NCBI GenBank assembly: GCA_029006755.1 | Contig: JAQXGO010000104.1 | Coordinates: 1 to 55,955 of the forward strand | DNA from: Clostridia bacterium | Lineage (GTDB): Bacteria > Bacillota > Clostridia > UMGS1883 > UMGS1540 | DNA: 55,955 nt | Direction: 5' to 3' | In this document: in pieces, positions 32,601-42,498 of the stretch | Numbering within the stretch: position 1 is the stretch's first letter | Layout: each line of letters begins with the position of its first letter | Program-made: the position numbers and the translations under genes | Notes under the pieces: model-generated | What the model was told of the DNA's origin: nothing | Database searches by the model: none | Seen by the model: the letters and a program-made list of their open reading frames with translations, nothing else

Positions 32601-32932
32601 GCGAGGAGGAAGCGGTTTCTGTTACGGATGTTTTGATTGACAGGTTTGGCGAACCTCCGGCAAGAACATTGCGGCTGATTGACGTTGCACTCCTTCGCGT
32701 ATATGCAGAGGCTGCCGGTATTGGGGAGGTGACGCAAAGCGGCGGCAAGGTTATTATGTATTATGACAAGAAACCGAATATGGAACGAGTCAGCGCCGTT
32801 ATTGCAGAAAACCGCGGTGGCATCTTGTTTGGCGCAGGCGAACGTCCGTACCTTGCCTTGCGGGAGAACTTTTTAAAGAATGTGAATGATACGAAAAAAA
32901 TAAAAAAATTGCTAAAAGACTTGAAAAATTGA
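29657..32932 (+). CDS. mfd: Transcription-repair coupling factor
   Basis: FAVRGGIVDVF, RID domain GDFVVHRVHGIG, CGDVGYGKT, DEEQRFG, QLRGRVGR, RDLEIRGAGNLLG. Confidence 0.97.
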   Translation: MKELFAPLTEMAEFPTILEAVSRKREKIHIIGPAETQKAHLIAALIAESGKRGAVISWSESAARQIAEDLAFFSEHVAYLPQGDFMTQWAEGVGKDLAGTRSEALYRITIGDTAVLSVGCLLDCTLPAKAYHPLSVKVGNTVEGLPEKLTEMGYQRVPMIEGQGQFAVRGGIVDVFSSTESQPIRIELFDAEVDNIRRFDLETQRSVENLEETVIAPFSSEMSDGDILDYFGEDTIFILDEPRRVSEGAEAYTKAVKMKVAELVMQSKTKEPKAVNIQDYAVSLAKMEKAVVCGFSAISQGGMEKPTVTVQLPSVTIASYAGKMDLLCEDVERWRKNQYRIYIMAGGENRAKGIMEALAERKIPTEIGAEDVCPARGIVAVFELPLGKGFIYPPIKTVFISGGDVFLKKNRKKRGGLSGAKALRSFDELKPGDFVVHRVHGIGRFITMEKIETDHVERDYLKIEYKNHDMLYVPVTQLNLLYKYSHAGEETAPPRVNRLGGGEWQKTKSGVKHSVRQLAIKLVDLYAARSQMTGHAFLKDTPWQSEFESTFPYEETPDQITAVAEVKSDMEKPKPMDRLLCGDVGYGKTEVAIRAAFKCVMEGMQCAYLVPTTILAAQHYNHFVERMKDFPLRVEMLSRFRTAAQQKKIIAGLASGEVDIIIGTHRLLGDDVQYKKLGLLIIDEEQRFGVGDKEKIKDMKKGIDVLTMTATPIPRTLNMAMTGIRDMSVLSNPPEERQPIQTYVFEYDATVVRDAVERELERGGQVFYVFNRVQGIYRVADSLQKLVPEARIVVAHGRMNEEELENAMMKMMHHEADLLVCTTIIESGIDIPNVNTLIVENADHIGLAQLYQLRGRVGRSNRIAYAYLTFRRDKSLSEVAEKRLLAIKEFTELGSGFKIALRDLEIRGAGNLLGPEQHGFLSSVGYDMYVRLLEEAVAELRGEEGKTEAVIDLTVDAGIPDAYIEDTRQRLEAYRMIAEIGSEEEAVSVTDVLIDRFGEPPARTLRLIDVALLRVYAEAAGIGEVTQSGGKVIMYYDKKPNMERVSAVIAENRGGILFGAGERPYLALRENFLKNVNDTKKIKKLLKDLKN

Positions 32933-32949
32933 CAGAAGTGTAGTATGAT
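32921..32949 (+). promoter_or_regulatory. Putative SigA promoter for prsA
   Basis: TTGAAA (32921-32926), 17 nt, TATGAT (32944-32949). Confidence 0.5.
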
Positions 32950-32985
32950 AGTTGAGTGTGAAATTAACTGGAAAGGAAGACGAAA

Positions 32986-34098
32986 ATGAAGAGAATTAAA
33001 CTGTTGGCTATTTTGGCGGCGGCACTCATGCTTCTTTCGGCATGCAACATTATCAATGTTACCGAAGCAGCTTCTATTGGGGATACGGTTGTGTATAAGG
33101 GAGAATTTGCGTATTATATGCAAATGGGTAAATCCGCTGCCATGAAGGAAGCGCAGGCACAGGGGCTTACCATTGAAACAGATGATGACTGGAATAACGT
33201 AAAAATCGGTGAAAAGACGGCTGCACAGTATGCAAAAGATGAAGCAGTGAAGAACCTAAAAAGTGTGATGGTGGCAGAAGCGAAGGCAAAGAAGGAAGGC
33301 TTTACGCTGGATGATGCAGGGAAAGAAGAAATTAAGACCACAAAAGAAAGCATGATCAGCCAGATGGGCGGCCGCTATGAGTATGAAAACGTACTGAATG
33401 ATATGGGCATTAGCCAAACAGAGTTCAATACTTTGATAGAACGCAGCGTTTATGCAGGCAAGTATTTAAGCCAGTTTGCAGAGAACGCTGATGAAGTCAA
33501 GGTATCGGACGATGAAGCGATTGCAAAATATGATGCTGATTATGTATATGTAAAACATATCTTGATATCCAACCAGGCACCGGAAGATACAACAGAAGAA
33601 GCTGTGGTGGAAGAAGCACCTTTGGCGGAGGGCACAGAAGCTGAAGAGAATGTACCGGAGGCGGAGGCAATTGACTATGATGCAGAAGCCAAGAAAGAGG
33701 CGGAAGGCATTTTAGAAAAACTCGCAAGTGGTGCAGACTTTGAGAAACTGATGAACGAGCATTCTGATGATAGTCGCGATGAAAACGGTAAACTGCAGAG
33801 CAACGGCTACATCATGACGGATAATGGACAAATGGTTAAGGAATTTGAAGATGCTGCCATGAAGCTGGAGATTGGTGCATATACAACTGAACTAGTGCAA
33901 ACCTCTTACGGATACCACATTATTAAGAGGTTTGAAAACCCCAAGACCGGGGAGGATTATACCAGCACATTAGAAGACATTAAAAAGGAACTTGCCAACG
34001 AAAAGACAGAAGACCTGATTAATGCATGGGCAGAAGAAATTGGCTTTGTCCTGAACCAGAAGTTTATCGACAGAGTTAAGGTTAAAATGGAGGGATAA
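32986..34098 (+). CDS. prsA: PrsA-like parvulin peptidyl-prolyl isomerase lipoprotein (foldase)
   Basis: Lipobox LSAC; VKHILI, FEKLMNEHSDD, MVKEFEDAA, TSYGYHIIK; usual position after mfd. Confidence 0.85.
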   Translation: MKRIKLLAILAAALMLLSACNIINVTEAASIGDTVVYKGEFAYYMQMGKSAAMKEAQAQGLTIETDDDWNNVKIGEKTAAQYAKDEAVKNLKSVMVAEAKAKKEGFTLDDAGKEEIKTTKESMISQMGGRYEYENVLNDMGISQTEFNTLIERSVYAGKYLSQFAENADEVKVSDDEAIAKYDADYVYVKHILISNQAPEDTTEEAVVEEAPLAEGTEAEENVPEAEAIDYDAEAKKEAEGILEKLASGADFEKLMNEHSDDSRDENGKLQSNGYIMTDNGQMVKEFEDAAMKLEIGAYTTELVQTSYGYHIIKRFENPKTGEDYTSTLEDIKKELANEKTEDLINAWAEEIGFVLNQKFIDRVKVKMEG

Positions 34099-34101
34099 GT
34101 T

Positions 34102-34842
34102 TTGTCAGGGCATTCTAAATGGAGTAATATCAAGCATAAAAAAGAAAAAAGTGATGCGCAAAGAGCAAAAATATTCACAAAGATTGGCAGAGAGATATCT
34201 GTTATTGTTAAGGCCGGCGGCGCGGATCCTGAAGTGAATGGAAAGCTGAAGGATGTTATTGCAAAAGCGCGTTCCAACAATATGCCGAATGACAACATTA
34301 TGCGTTGTATTAAAAAGGCGGCCGGGGACCAGACGGCGGATAATTATGAAGAAATTATTTACGAGGGCTATGGGCCAAGCGGTGTAGCGGTTATTGTTGA
34401 AACGCTTACAGATAACCGCAATCGTACGGCAGCAGATATGCGGCATTATTTTGATAAGTACGGCGGTAATCTGGGGCAGACAGGCTGCGTAACCTTTATG
34501 TTTGATACGCGCGGTGTGATCTTGGTGGAAAAAGGCGATGTGGATGAGGAAACCATTATGATGGAAGCCTTAGAAGCCGGTGCGGACGATTTCAGCAGTG
34601 AGGATGAGTATTTTGAAATTATGACATCCACGGAAAGCTTTGGTGCCGTACGTGAAAGCATTGAAAACGGCGGCTACACAATTGTGTCTGCAGAAATTAT
34701 GCGCTTGCCGCAAACCACTGTAACCTTAACCGATGCAGAGGACTTAAAGAATATGAACAAGCTGATTGAAATGCTTGAGGACAATGATGATGTCCAGAAC
34801 GTGTTTCATAACTGTGATTTGCCGGAGGACGAGGAAGAATAA
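34102..34842 (+). CDS. yebC: YebC/PmpR-family protein
   Basis: [37 protein letters not shown]. Confidence 0.96.
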   Translation: MSGHSKWSNIKHKKEKSDAQRAKIFTKIGREISVIVKAGGADPEVNGKLKDVIAKARSNNMPNDNIMRCIKKAAGDQTADNYEEIIYEGYGPSGVAVIVETLTDNRNRTAADMRHYFDKYGGNLGQTGCVTFMFDTRGVILVEKGDVDEETIMMEALEAGADDFSSEDEYFEIMTSTESFGAVRESIENGGYTIVSAEIMRLPQTTVTLTDAEDLKNMNKLIEMLEDNDDVQNVFHNCDLPEDEEE

Positions 34843-34866
34843 AGTAGGTAGATAACAGAAGAATAG

Positions 34867-34922
34867 AAAAGCACATCCTTTCTGTATAAAACCTGATGGG
34901 TTTGAGAAAGCGATGTGCTTTG
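34867..34922. terminator. Probable bidirectional terminator between convergent yebC and DUF3842 genes
   Basis: AAAGCACATC-CTTTCT ... AGAAAG-C-GATGTGCTTT inverted repeat with A/T flanks. Confidence 0.6.
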
Positions 34923-34924
34923 TG

Positions 34925-35344
34925 TTATTTGTTCTCTTGTGCTACATGCTGGATAAGGGTGATTGCTTCGGCAATCAGATCGGCTATGGGTTTCCTTTCC
35001 GCCCCGACAACGAACGTGTTGCAGCGATGAAACGGAATCAGCACACGTACCGCATCGCTTTGCGATACGGCAGCTGCCATAGAAGGCGTCACCTCGCCGG
35101 TCAAGGCATCCGCAAGGACAATGCCAAACGGCCCGGTAATCACATCGGCTCGCCTTGCGGCAACAAGAGTTGCGTTTTCACCCGTAGCCGCATGGTCGGC
35201 ACCGGCTTTCATCATAACGGCGGTAGCAATGCTGTTTGTGCCAATCGCAGTAATTTCCACAGAGGTAGAAAGTTCTTTGCGGATGCCTTCTATTAATAAA
35301 CGGCCTATTTTGCCGCCTTGTCCATCAATTACAACAATATGCAT
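34925..35344 (-). CDS. DUF3842-family protein
   Basis: VIDGQGG.IG, AIGTNSIAT..M.KAGA...ATGENA signature; GGAGG RBS. Confidence 0.85.
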   Translation of the reverse strand: MHIVVIDGQGGKIGRLLIEGIRKELSTSVEITAIGTNSIATAVMMKAGADHAATGENATLVAARRADVITGPFGIVLADALTGEVTPSMAAAVSQSDAVRVLIPFHRCNTFVVGAERKPIADLIAEAITLIQHVAQENK

Positions 35345-35468
35345 GGGGATAAACCTCCTTCAAAATTGTGTTTCTATTGTATACCAATTCGGAACAAAAG
35401 GCAAGAGTTTTTTTATAGAGCGTCTTTTTATGGAATGTAAAAAATGTATGAACGGATTTGTAAATATC

Positions 35469-35497
35469 TTGACAGTAAATGGTAATTTTTATATAAT
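35469..35497 (+). promoter_or_regulatory. SigA promoter of the ABC exporter genes
   Basis: TTGACA (35469-35474), 17 nt, TATAAT (35492-35497). Confidence 0.8.
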
Positions 35498-35535
35498 AAA
35501 AAGCAAAAGTTTTCCTGGGTAAAGGAGGAGCGATT

Positions 35536-37266
35536 TTGGTAAAAAAAATACTGTCTTGCTTAGACAAATATACTATATATGCCATATTGTGCCCGTTATT
35601 CGTTGTTATCGAAACGGTTTTGGAAGTTTTTATTCCCTTCTATATGTCCAAAATCATCGATGTAGGCATGGCAAATGGGGGTGACATAGCGTATATCAGC
35701 CGCATGGGCGGCCTTATGGTTGCTTTTGCTGTTTTATCGCTCGTTTGCGGTGCCGTGGCCGCACACTTTGCAGCGAGAGCCTCTGCAGGCTTAGCAAAAG
35801 GGATCCGTAAAAAGATTTTTGATCGGATACAGGATTTTTCCTTTGCCAATATTGACCGTTTCAGTACAGCTTCTCTGGTGACGAGAATCACAACGGATGT
35901 AACCACAACACAGCAGGCTTTTATGATGACCATTCGCAGTGTTGTACGTTCTCCGGTTATGTTGATTGTGGCAACAGTTATGGCAGTCCGGATTAACTGG
36001 CAGCTTTCTACTATCTTTTTTGTCGCACTGCCCTTTTTAGGTGCGATTTTAGTCATTATTGCAATTCGGGCGTTTCCGCGTTTCAAATATATGATGAAGA
36101 TTTACGACAAAATGAATGGCAGCGTGCAGGAAAACTTAGCCGGGATTCGTGTTGTGAAATCCTTTGTCCGAGGCGATTATGAATCAAAGCGCTTTGCCTT
36201 TTCTGCTGATGAGGTGAAGCATGCACAAATACGGGCAGAAAAGCTCTTGGCATGGAATATGCCGGTTATGCAAATTACGATGTACGGCACGATTACGGCA
36301 ATTGTATGGTTTGGCGGCCGCTTTATTATTGGCGGCATGATGACAGCAGGTGAACTGATGGGCTTTATCAGTTATGTGTCGCAAATTCTTATGTCACTGA
36401 TGATGTTGTCCATGGTGTTTGTCCTCCTGATTATGTCCCGTGCATCCGTGGCGAGAATAGCAGAGATACTGGATGAAGTGCCGGATATTGCAGATGATGG
36501 AACGGAAACCACAGTTTCTGACGGCAGTGTTGCCTTTGAAAATGTTTCCTTCAGCTACTTTAAGGATGAGAATAATGTTGTTTTGGAAAATGTCAGCTTT
36601 TCGATTGCAGCCGGCGAAACCGTAGGCATAGTAGGCGGTACAGGTTCTTCCAAAACGACACTTGTGCAGTTGATTCCAAGGCTATACGATGTTTTGGGAG
36701 GCACCATACGGGTCGGTGGCAAGGACGTGCGGCAATACAAGGTTGCTGCTTTGCGGCAGGCTGTGGCAATGGTGTTACAAAAAAACGTGCTGTTTTCGGG
36801 CACAATTCTGGATAACCTGCGTTGGGGTAACCAGAATGCTACGGAGGAGGAAGTGGTTAACGCTTGTAAAATTGCGCAGGCACATGCGTTTATTTCTTCC
36901 TTCCCGGATGGGTACCAGACGTTGCTTGGGCAGGGGGGCGTAAACCTATCCGGAGGGCAGAAGCAACGGCTTTGTATTGCCCGCGCGCTGCTGAAAACGC
37001 CGAAAATTATGATTTTGGACGATAGTACGAGTGCAGTGGATACGGCAACGGACAGTAAAATTCGTGCAGCACTTCGTGGGAATCATAAAGATATAACAAC
37101 GATTATTATTGCCCAGCGCATTTCCTCGGTTTGCGAGGCGGACAAAATTATTGTACTTGATGACGGAAAGATAAACGGCATCGGTACGCATGAAACGCTG
37201 ATGCGTGAAAATGCCATATATCGCGAGGTCTATGAATCACAACAGGAAGGAAAGGTGACAGCGTAA
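35536..37266 (+). CDS. Heterodimeric multidrug-type ABC exporter, degenerate subunit (TM287/EfrA-like)
   Basis: TMD plus NBD; GGTGSSKT, LSGGQ, Walker B ILDD (no catalytic Glu), switch Q (IAQR). Confidence 0.92.
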   Translation: MVKKILSCLDKYTIYAILCPLFVVIETVLEVFIPFYMSKIIDVGMANGGDIAYISRMGGLMVAFAVLSLVCGAVAAHFAARASAGLAKGIRKKIFDRIQDFSFANIDRFSTASLVTRITTDVTTTQQAFMMTIRSVVRSPVMLIVATVMAVRINWQLSTIFFVALPFLGAILVIIAIRAFPRFKYMMKIYDKMNGSVQENLAGIRVVKSFVRGDYESKRFAFSADEVKHAQIRAEKLLAWNMPVMQITMYGTITAIVWFGGRFIIGGMMTAGELMGFISYVSQILMSLMMLSMVFVLLIMSRASVARIAEILDEVPDIADDGTETTVSDGSVAFENVSFSYFKDENNVVLENVSFSIAAGETVGIVGGTGSSKTTLVQLIPRLYDVLGGTIRVGGKDVRQYKVAALRQAVAMVLQKNVLFSGTILDNLRWGNQNATEEEVVNACKIAQAHAFISSFPDGYQTLLGQGGVNLSGGQKQRLCIARALLKTPKIMILDDSTSAVDTATDSKIRAALRGNHKDITTIIIAQRISSVCEADKIIVLDDGKINGIGTHETLMRENAIYREVYESQQEGKVTA

Positions 37267-39098
37267 TGAGACCAACCACCAAAAGTGTCCGCAAACCCCA
37301 AAACGCGAAAAAAACACTTAAGCGGATTTTAAGCTATTTGGATGCCTATAAAGGGCGGTTGCCGGTTGTTGCGATTAGTATTATCATAAGCTCTACGGCC
37401 GGGGTCGCAGGCACCTATCTTTTAAAACCCCTTTTAAATAATTATATTGTGCCGTTCATCGGTCAGCAAAGTCCGGATTATTCCGGCTTTATCCGCCTTA
37501 TTTTAGTACTGGTTTTGATTTATGCATCGGGAGCATTATGTTCCGTCCTCTATTCGCGTATGATGGTCGATATTTCAAAAGGTGCTCTGGCAAAAATCCG
37601 TAAGGATCTTTTTTCTCACATGCAGAAGCTTCCAATTCGCTTTTTCGACACGCATACGCATGGCGAATTAATGAGCTGCTACTCGAACGATATTGATGCA
37701 TTGCGTGAAATGCTCAGCCAGGCAATCCCGCAGTTCTTTTCCTGCTTATTGTCTTTTACGGGTGTCTTTGTAATGATGATTGTATTAAGCCCGTATCTCA
37801 CCATATTGGCAGTGCTTATGCTTTGCCTGATGCTCTTGGTTGTAAAAAAAATCGGTGCCAAGAGTGCAGGGTTTTTCCGGGCACAGCAAAAGTCTATCGG
37901 TGCTTTAAATGGCTATGTGGAAGAGATGGTGGAAGGGCAGAAGGTTGTGCAGGTTTTTGGTCATGAGGATAAGGTAAAAAAGGATTTCGTCGCTTTGAAC
38001 GAAGAGCTATGCACGTCTGCGACAAATGCACACACATTTGCCAATATTCTTATGCCTATTATGGGGAACCTCTCCTATCTGCATTACGCGCTGACAGCGG
38101 TTTTGGGAGCAATTCTGGCTTTGCAAGGGCTTTCGGATGTAGGTACAATTGCTTCCTTCTTGCAGTACACGCGTTCGTTTGCCCAGCCACTTACGCAAAT
38201 GTCCCAACTTTTTAATTCTATTTTGAGTGCGATGGCAGGCGCAGAACGTATCTTTGCGGTGATTGATGAACCTATTGAGGCAGACAACGGCGATGTGGTG
38301 TTAGAGAAAAAAGACGGGGAATGGGTTTGGTGTGTGCCGGGAAAGGAAACAACCTATGTTCCGGTGCGCGGTGATGTTCGTTTCCATGATGTGACCTTTG
38401 GGTATGTGCCTGAAAAAATGGTTTTGCATCATGTGTCATTGTATGCAAAGCCGGGGCAGAAAATAGCGTTTGTTGGCTCAACCGGTGCGGGAAAGACCAC
38501 AATTACGAACTTGATAAATCGCTTTTATGATATTGAAGAAGGGACGATTACCTATGATGGAATCCCGATTCAGAGAATTTGCAAAGAAGATTTAAGACGT
38601 TCCATGTCTATGGTTTTGCAGGATACGCATTTGTTTACAGGGACTGTGGCCGATAACATTCGGTACGGCCGTCTTGATGCTACAGATGAAGAAGTGATTG
38701 CCGCTGCAAAAATTGCAAATGCGCATACGTTTATTATGCATCTTGAAAAAGGGTACGATACGGAATTGTCAGCAGACGGCGGAAATTTAAGCCAGGGACA
38801 AAGACAGCTTCTTTCGATTGCGCGTGCGGCTGTTGCTGATCCGCCTGTACTGATTTTAGATGAGGCAACAAGCTCTATTGATACAAGGACAGAAAAGCTG
38901 ATAGAAAAAGGCATGGACAAACTGATGGAAGGCAGAACAGTGTTTGTAATTGCCCACCGCTTGTCTACGGTTCGGAATGCAGATGCAATTATGGTATTGG
39001 AAAATGGAAACATTATTGAACGCGGCGACCATGATGATTTAATCAAAAGCCGCGGCAAATACTATCAACTCTATACCGGCATGTTTGAATTGGAATAG
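37266..39098 (+). CDS. Heterodimeric multidrug-type ABC exporter, consensus subunit (TM288/EfrB-like)
   Basis: GSTGAGKT, LSQGQ, ILDEATS, IAHR; start overlaps the partner's stop codon. Confidence 0.92.
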   Translation: MRPTTKSVRKPQNAKKTLKRILSYLDAYKGRLPVVAISIIISSTAGVAGTYLLKPLLNNYIVPFIGQQSPDYSGFIRLILVLVLIYASGALCSVLYSRMMVDISKGALAKIRKDLFSHMQKLPIRFFDTHTHGELMSCYSNDIDALREMLSQAIPQFFSCLLSFTGVFVMMIVLSPYLTILAVLMLCLMLLVVKKIGAKSAGFFRAQQKSIGALNGYVEEMVEGQKVVQVFGHEDKVKKDFVALNEELCTSATNAHTFANILMPIMGNLSYLHYALTAVLGAILALQGLSDVGTIASFLQYTRSFAQPLTQMSQLFNSILSAMAGAERIFAVIDEPIEADNGDVVLEKKDGEWVWCVPGKETTYVPVRGDVRFHDVTFGYVPEKMVLHHVSLYAKPGQKIAFVGSTGAGKTTITNLINRFYDIEEGTITYDGIPIQRICKEDLRRSMSMVLQDTHLFTGTVADNIRYGRLDATDEEVIAAAKIANAHTFIMHLEKGYDTELSADGGNLSQGQRQLLSIARAAVADPPVLILDEATSSIDTRTEKLIEKGMDKLMEGRTVFVIAHRLSTVRNADAIMVLENGNIIERGDHDDLIKSRGKYYQLYTGMFELE

Positions 39099-39099
39099 A

Positions 39100-40275
39100 T
39101 CAAATGTTTGCAGCAGCTACATAGGCACTACTCCAAGCCCATTGCAGGTTGAAGCCGCCGCAGTCGCCATCAATATCGAGCACTTCGCCGCAAAGAAATA
39201 AGCCGGGTACGAAGTAGGATTCCATGGTTTCGGGGCAAACCTCATCTGTGCAGATGCCACCTGCAGTGACTTGTGCATTTGCCCAGGGCATAACCCCGGA
39301 AGCAGACAGACGAAAATCGAATAAGAGTTGAACGAGCGTGTCATGGTTTGTGGCACGCTTTATAATTTCCCGGGCAATGTTCTTAGGCAAAAGCCCATAC
39401 AGAAAACACTCGCCGGTGAGATGGGGGCAGGCCTTGCGACGATTGTTGAGCAGTTCCGAGATAGAAGCTTTATCCATGCCGGGGAAAAAATTGATGGAAA
39501 TTGTCACATTTTGTCTGGCAGAGGCGTGTGCAGAGACAATACGGGATAAATTGAAAATAGGCGGGCCGGAAAGACCGTAATCCGTAAACAAAATCTCGCC
39601 GGATTCCTGCCGAATGAGCTTATCCCCAGCATACACAGAGGCTGTACCTACATGCTTTGTCCCTTTAAGGGCATGCATAGAAGGGGTTGTTTTCACCTGG
39701 ACCAAGGAAGGGATAGGGGGTACAATCGAATGCCCTAATGCGGTCAAAAGGGTATACCCCTGTCCGTCTGTCCCCATAGAGGGTGCAGCCTTGCCGCCGG
39801 TAGCAACGATGACAGTCTTGGCAGAATAGGTTTTGCCATCCTCTGTGCTGAGAGAAAAGCCGTTTTTTGTCGAAACAATTCCGGTAATGAAGGAATTTGT
39901 ATGTTCCACAACAGAAAGACGCTGCAATTCTAAACGCATAAGATCAAGAACAGCATTGCTTTGCAGGCTCTGCGGATAAAGCTTTCCGTTCTCTCCTTCC
40001 ATGACAGGCAAGCCGATACTCTCGAAAAACCGGATTGTATCCGATACAGAAAAGGCCTCCAGTGCGTATGTGGCGAAGGAAACACTTTTTCCGTGATAGC
40101 GGCGCAAGGCAATCTGGCGATTGCTGATATTGCATCGCCCATTACCGGTGGATAAAAGTTTTTTTCCCACACGCGGCAAGCGTTCTAATAAAAGAACCTG
40201 CTTTCCGCGCCGCGCTGCAAAAATAGCAGCGCATAATCCGGCAGCACCGCCGCCTACAATCGCTGTGTCGTACAT
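39100..40275 (-). CDS. HI0933/BaiN-family NAD(P)/FAD-dependent flavoprotein
   Basis: GGGAAG, GKKLLSTGNGRCN, ATGG, QVTAGG, GEVLDIDGDCGGFNLQWAW. Confidence 0.92.
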   Translation of the reverse strand: MYDTAIVGGGAAGLCAAIFAARRGKQVLLLERLPRVGKKLLSTGNGRCNISNRQIALRRYHGKSVSFATYALEAFSVSDTIRFFESIGLPVMEGENGKLYPQSLQSNAVLDLMRLELQRLSVVEHTNSFITGIVSTKNGFSLSTEDGKTYSAKTVIVATGGKAAPSMGTDGQGYTLLTALGHSIVPPIPSLVQVKTTPSMHALKGTKHVGTASVYAGDKLIRQESGEILFTDYGLSGPPIFNLSRIVSAHASARQNVTISINFFPGMDKASISELLNNRRKACPHLTGECFLYGLLPKNIAREIIKRATNHDTLVQLLFDFRLSASGVMPWANAQVTAGGICTDEVCPETMESYFVPGLFLCGEVLDIDGDCGGFNLQWAWSSAYVAAANI

Positions 40276-40474
40276 TTCCAATCCCCTTTTTAGATGAAAG
40301 TATCATTGCAAAACCATGCAAAAAATTAATGCCAAGAATATATATAAGTTTAGCAAAAGTAAAAAAATCTGTCAAGCATTTCGTTGCATTATCATGGATT
40401 CTTTTGTAGGTTTTCTATGAAAAGACGGAACAAGATGGCAACTCGTTTGAGGATGGCCATCCAGTACATTACTG

Positions 40475-41338
40475 TTATGCGTTGAAGAAATCTTGGATTG
40501 CTGCAACCTGCAAAGCTACTGCTTTTCTTCCGATGTCATAGACTTCTTTCAGTTTATTTGGATCCTTTTCAATTTTTCCTATCTGTAGTTTTTCTTTAGG
40601 ACGAATTACGAATAGCTTCCCCTGTTTTTCTTGTTCTTTTATATATGCAAGCGTTTGGTTATAGACAAGATGGCGGTTCTCCATCGCTTCTACGAGTTTT
40701 GGATACTTTCTATATTTGAATCGTATAAAAGGCATGAGACGATTCTTCTTTTTCTCATAGCATGCAGGCTGAGTCAGCACGACAACATTTTTCGTATATC
40801 CCAATTTTTCAAAGTATTTCACCGGTATGGAATCGGCAATTCCGCCGTCAAGCAATTTCTGACCGTCTATGTCCACGATTTGAGATACCATCGGCATGGA
40901 AGCAGAAGCTCGAATCCAATCAAAACAGTGGTCGTCTTTTCCACCATAGTTGTGATATACAGCTTCTCCTGTTTCAATGTCCGTACAGACAACATAAAAA
41001 TCTATCGAATTGCTTTGAAAGGTTTCAAAATCGAACACATCGTATTTCATCGGCACTTCACCGTAAGCAAAATCCGTATTGTAGATATTTCCGGTTTTGA
41101 TCAGACTTCCGATTCCTGAAAATCTCTTGTCATTGCAATATTTCATATTGTATCGAATCGCTCTTCCGATCTGTTTTGATTTATAGTTACAGCCGAAAGC
41201 AGCACCGGCAGAAACGCCGATTATCCCATCGAAGTCTATTCCGTTTTCCATCATCACATCCATGACACCGGCGGTAAACATCCCTCGCATGGCTCCACCT
41301 TCTAAAATCAAGCCTTTTTTCAACTTATTCACATCCAT
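40475..41338 (-). CDS. Patatin-like phospholipase family protein
   Basis: LEGGAMRG, GVSAG nucleophile elbow, ASASMP, DGG. Confidence 0.92.
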   Translation of the reverse strand: MDVNKLKKGLILEGGAMRGMFTAGVMDVMMENGIDFDGIIGVSAGAAFGCNYKSKQIGRAIRYNMKYCNDKRFSGIGSLIKTGNIYNTDFAYGEVPMKYDVFDFETFQSNSIDFYVVCTDIETGEAVYHNYGGKDDHCFDWIRASASMPMVSQIVDIDGQKLLDGGIADSIPVKYFEKLGYTKNVVVLTQPACYEKKKNRLMPFIRFKYRKYPKLVEAMENRHLVYNQTLAYIKEQEKQGKLFVIRPKEKLQIGKIEKDPNKLKEVYDIGRKAVALQVAAIQDFFNA

Positions 41339-41776
41339 TCCAAAGATTCTGTACGCTCGTGGATAACACGGGCTTACAAGTAAATTAGATATCTCAACTA
41401 TGCCGAAGCCTCAATGCGATCATCACACATTTTTTCTGTAAGGAAAAAGTTTCTATGCGATATTTTATATCATTATAACATAAAAGAACAGTTTTTGGCA
41501 ATACATCTATTTACGAAAAGGAGTATGCAATAAGTACAAGATATAAAAAACATTCAAAAGCAAGCATGGTAATATCTTGATAATTAAATTGATTTTTGGC
41601 ATAATAAAAAGACCAGTTGGAATTTATACGGAGGGTAAATCTCTTAAAATGCCTTATTCATGCGGATGTAACGAATCGTGTCGTGCGTGTAACAGAACGT
41701 TTCTTGCATTATTCTATATCCTGTGTTACTTTAGATTTGCCGAAAGGAAAAATCAAAAGAGAAAGGAAAAAGAAGA

Positions 41777-42439
41777 ATGACAAAGAAAGGAAAAAGAAAA
41801 CTGTTTTTAGGAGGAGTGCTTGTCGCAGCTTTTGTTGTTTGGACAGTACTCATACAAACTGTGGATGTAAAACCGGTCGGACAAAACGGAACGGATATTG
41901 GATTTGCTACATTTAACTGCTGGTTTCATAAATGGACAGGCGTTCATATGACCACTTATACCATTACAGATTGGTTAGGACTCCTACCGCTATTTATATG
42001 TATGATATTTGGTGTAATCGGATTGGTACAGTGGGTAAAGAGAAGAAGTCTGGTAAAGGTGGACTATGACCTTATGATTCTCGGAGCGTATTACATTTTG
42101 GTAATGTTTGGATATGTCATCTTTGAAATAATTCCAATCAATTACAGACCAATACTGATCAATGGAGTTGTGGAAGCTTCCTATCCATCCTCTGCTGTAC
42201 TACTTGTATTAGGCGTTCTGCCGACACTTGTGGAACAAATGAATCGCAGAACGCAAAATGCTGTGTTAAAAAGGAGCATCATGATTTTCGTTGTACTTTT
42301 TTCTGCATATATGGTCATTGGGCGATTGATTTCGGGTGTTCATTGGTTTACGGATATTATAGGTTCGATATTCTTAAGCATGGGATTGTTTTATATTTAT
42401 AAAGCGGTCGTTATATTAATGCATAAAGAGTCAGAATAA
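41777..42439 (+). CDS. PAP2-family membrane protein
   Basis: Multiple TM helices; NYRP, SYPSS, RLISGVHWFTDIIG. Confidence 0.85.
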   Translation: MTKKGKRKLFLGGVLVAAFVVWTVLIQTVDVKPVGQNGTDIGFATFNCWFHKWTGVHMTTYTITDWLGLLPLFICMIFGVIGLVQWVKRRSLVKVDYDLMILGAYYILVMFGYVIFEIIPINYRPILINGVVEASYPSSAVLLVLGVLPTLVEQMNRRTQNAVLKRSIMIFVVLFSAYMVIGRLISGVHWFTDIIGSIFLSMGLFYIYKAVVILMHKESE

Positions 42440-42453
42440 TTGGAGGTACACAT

Positions 42454-42498
42454 TTGGAATTTAATGAAAAACTTCAAGAATTGAGAAAAACAAATTGA
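42454..42498 (+). pseudogene. Truncated XRE-family helix-turn-helix gene (first 14 codons only)
   Basis: GGAGGT RBS then TTG; reads MEFNEKLQELRKTN*, the typical XRE HTH N-terminus, and stops before the LTQEELA helix. Confidence 0.6.

Noticed and set aside
41359-41367. DnaA-box-like TTATCCACG on the minus strand
   Set aside because: A single imperfect copy, expected by chance.
41577-41916. Short ORFs upstream of the PAP2 gene
   Set aside because: No RBS or motifs; the region looks like promoter DNA (TTGCAT-17-TACTTT).
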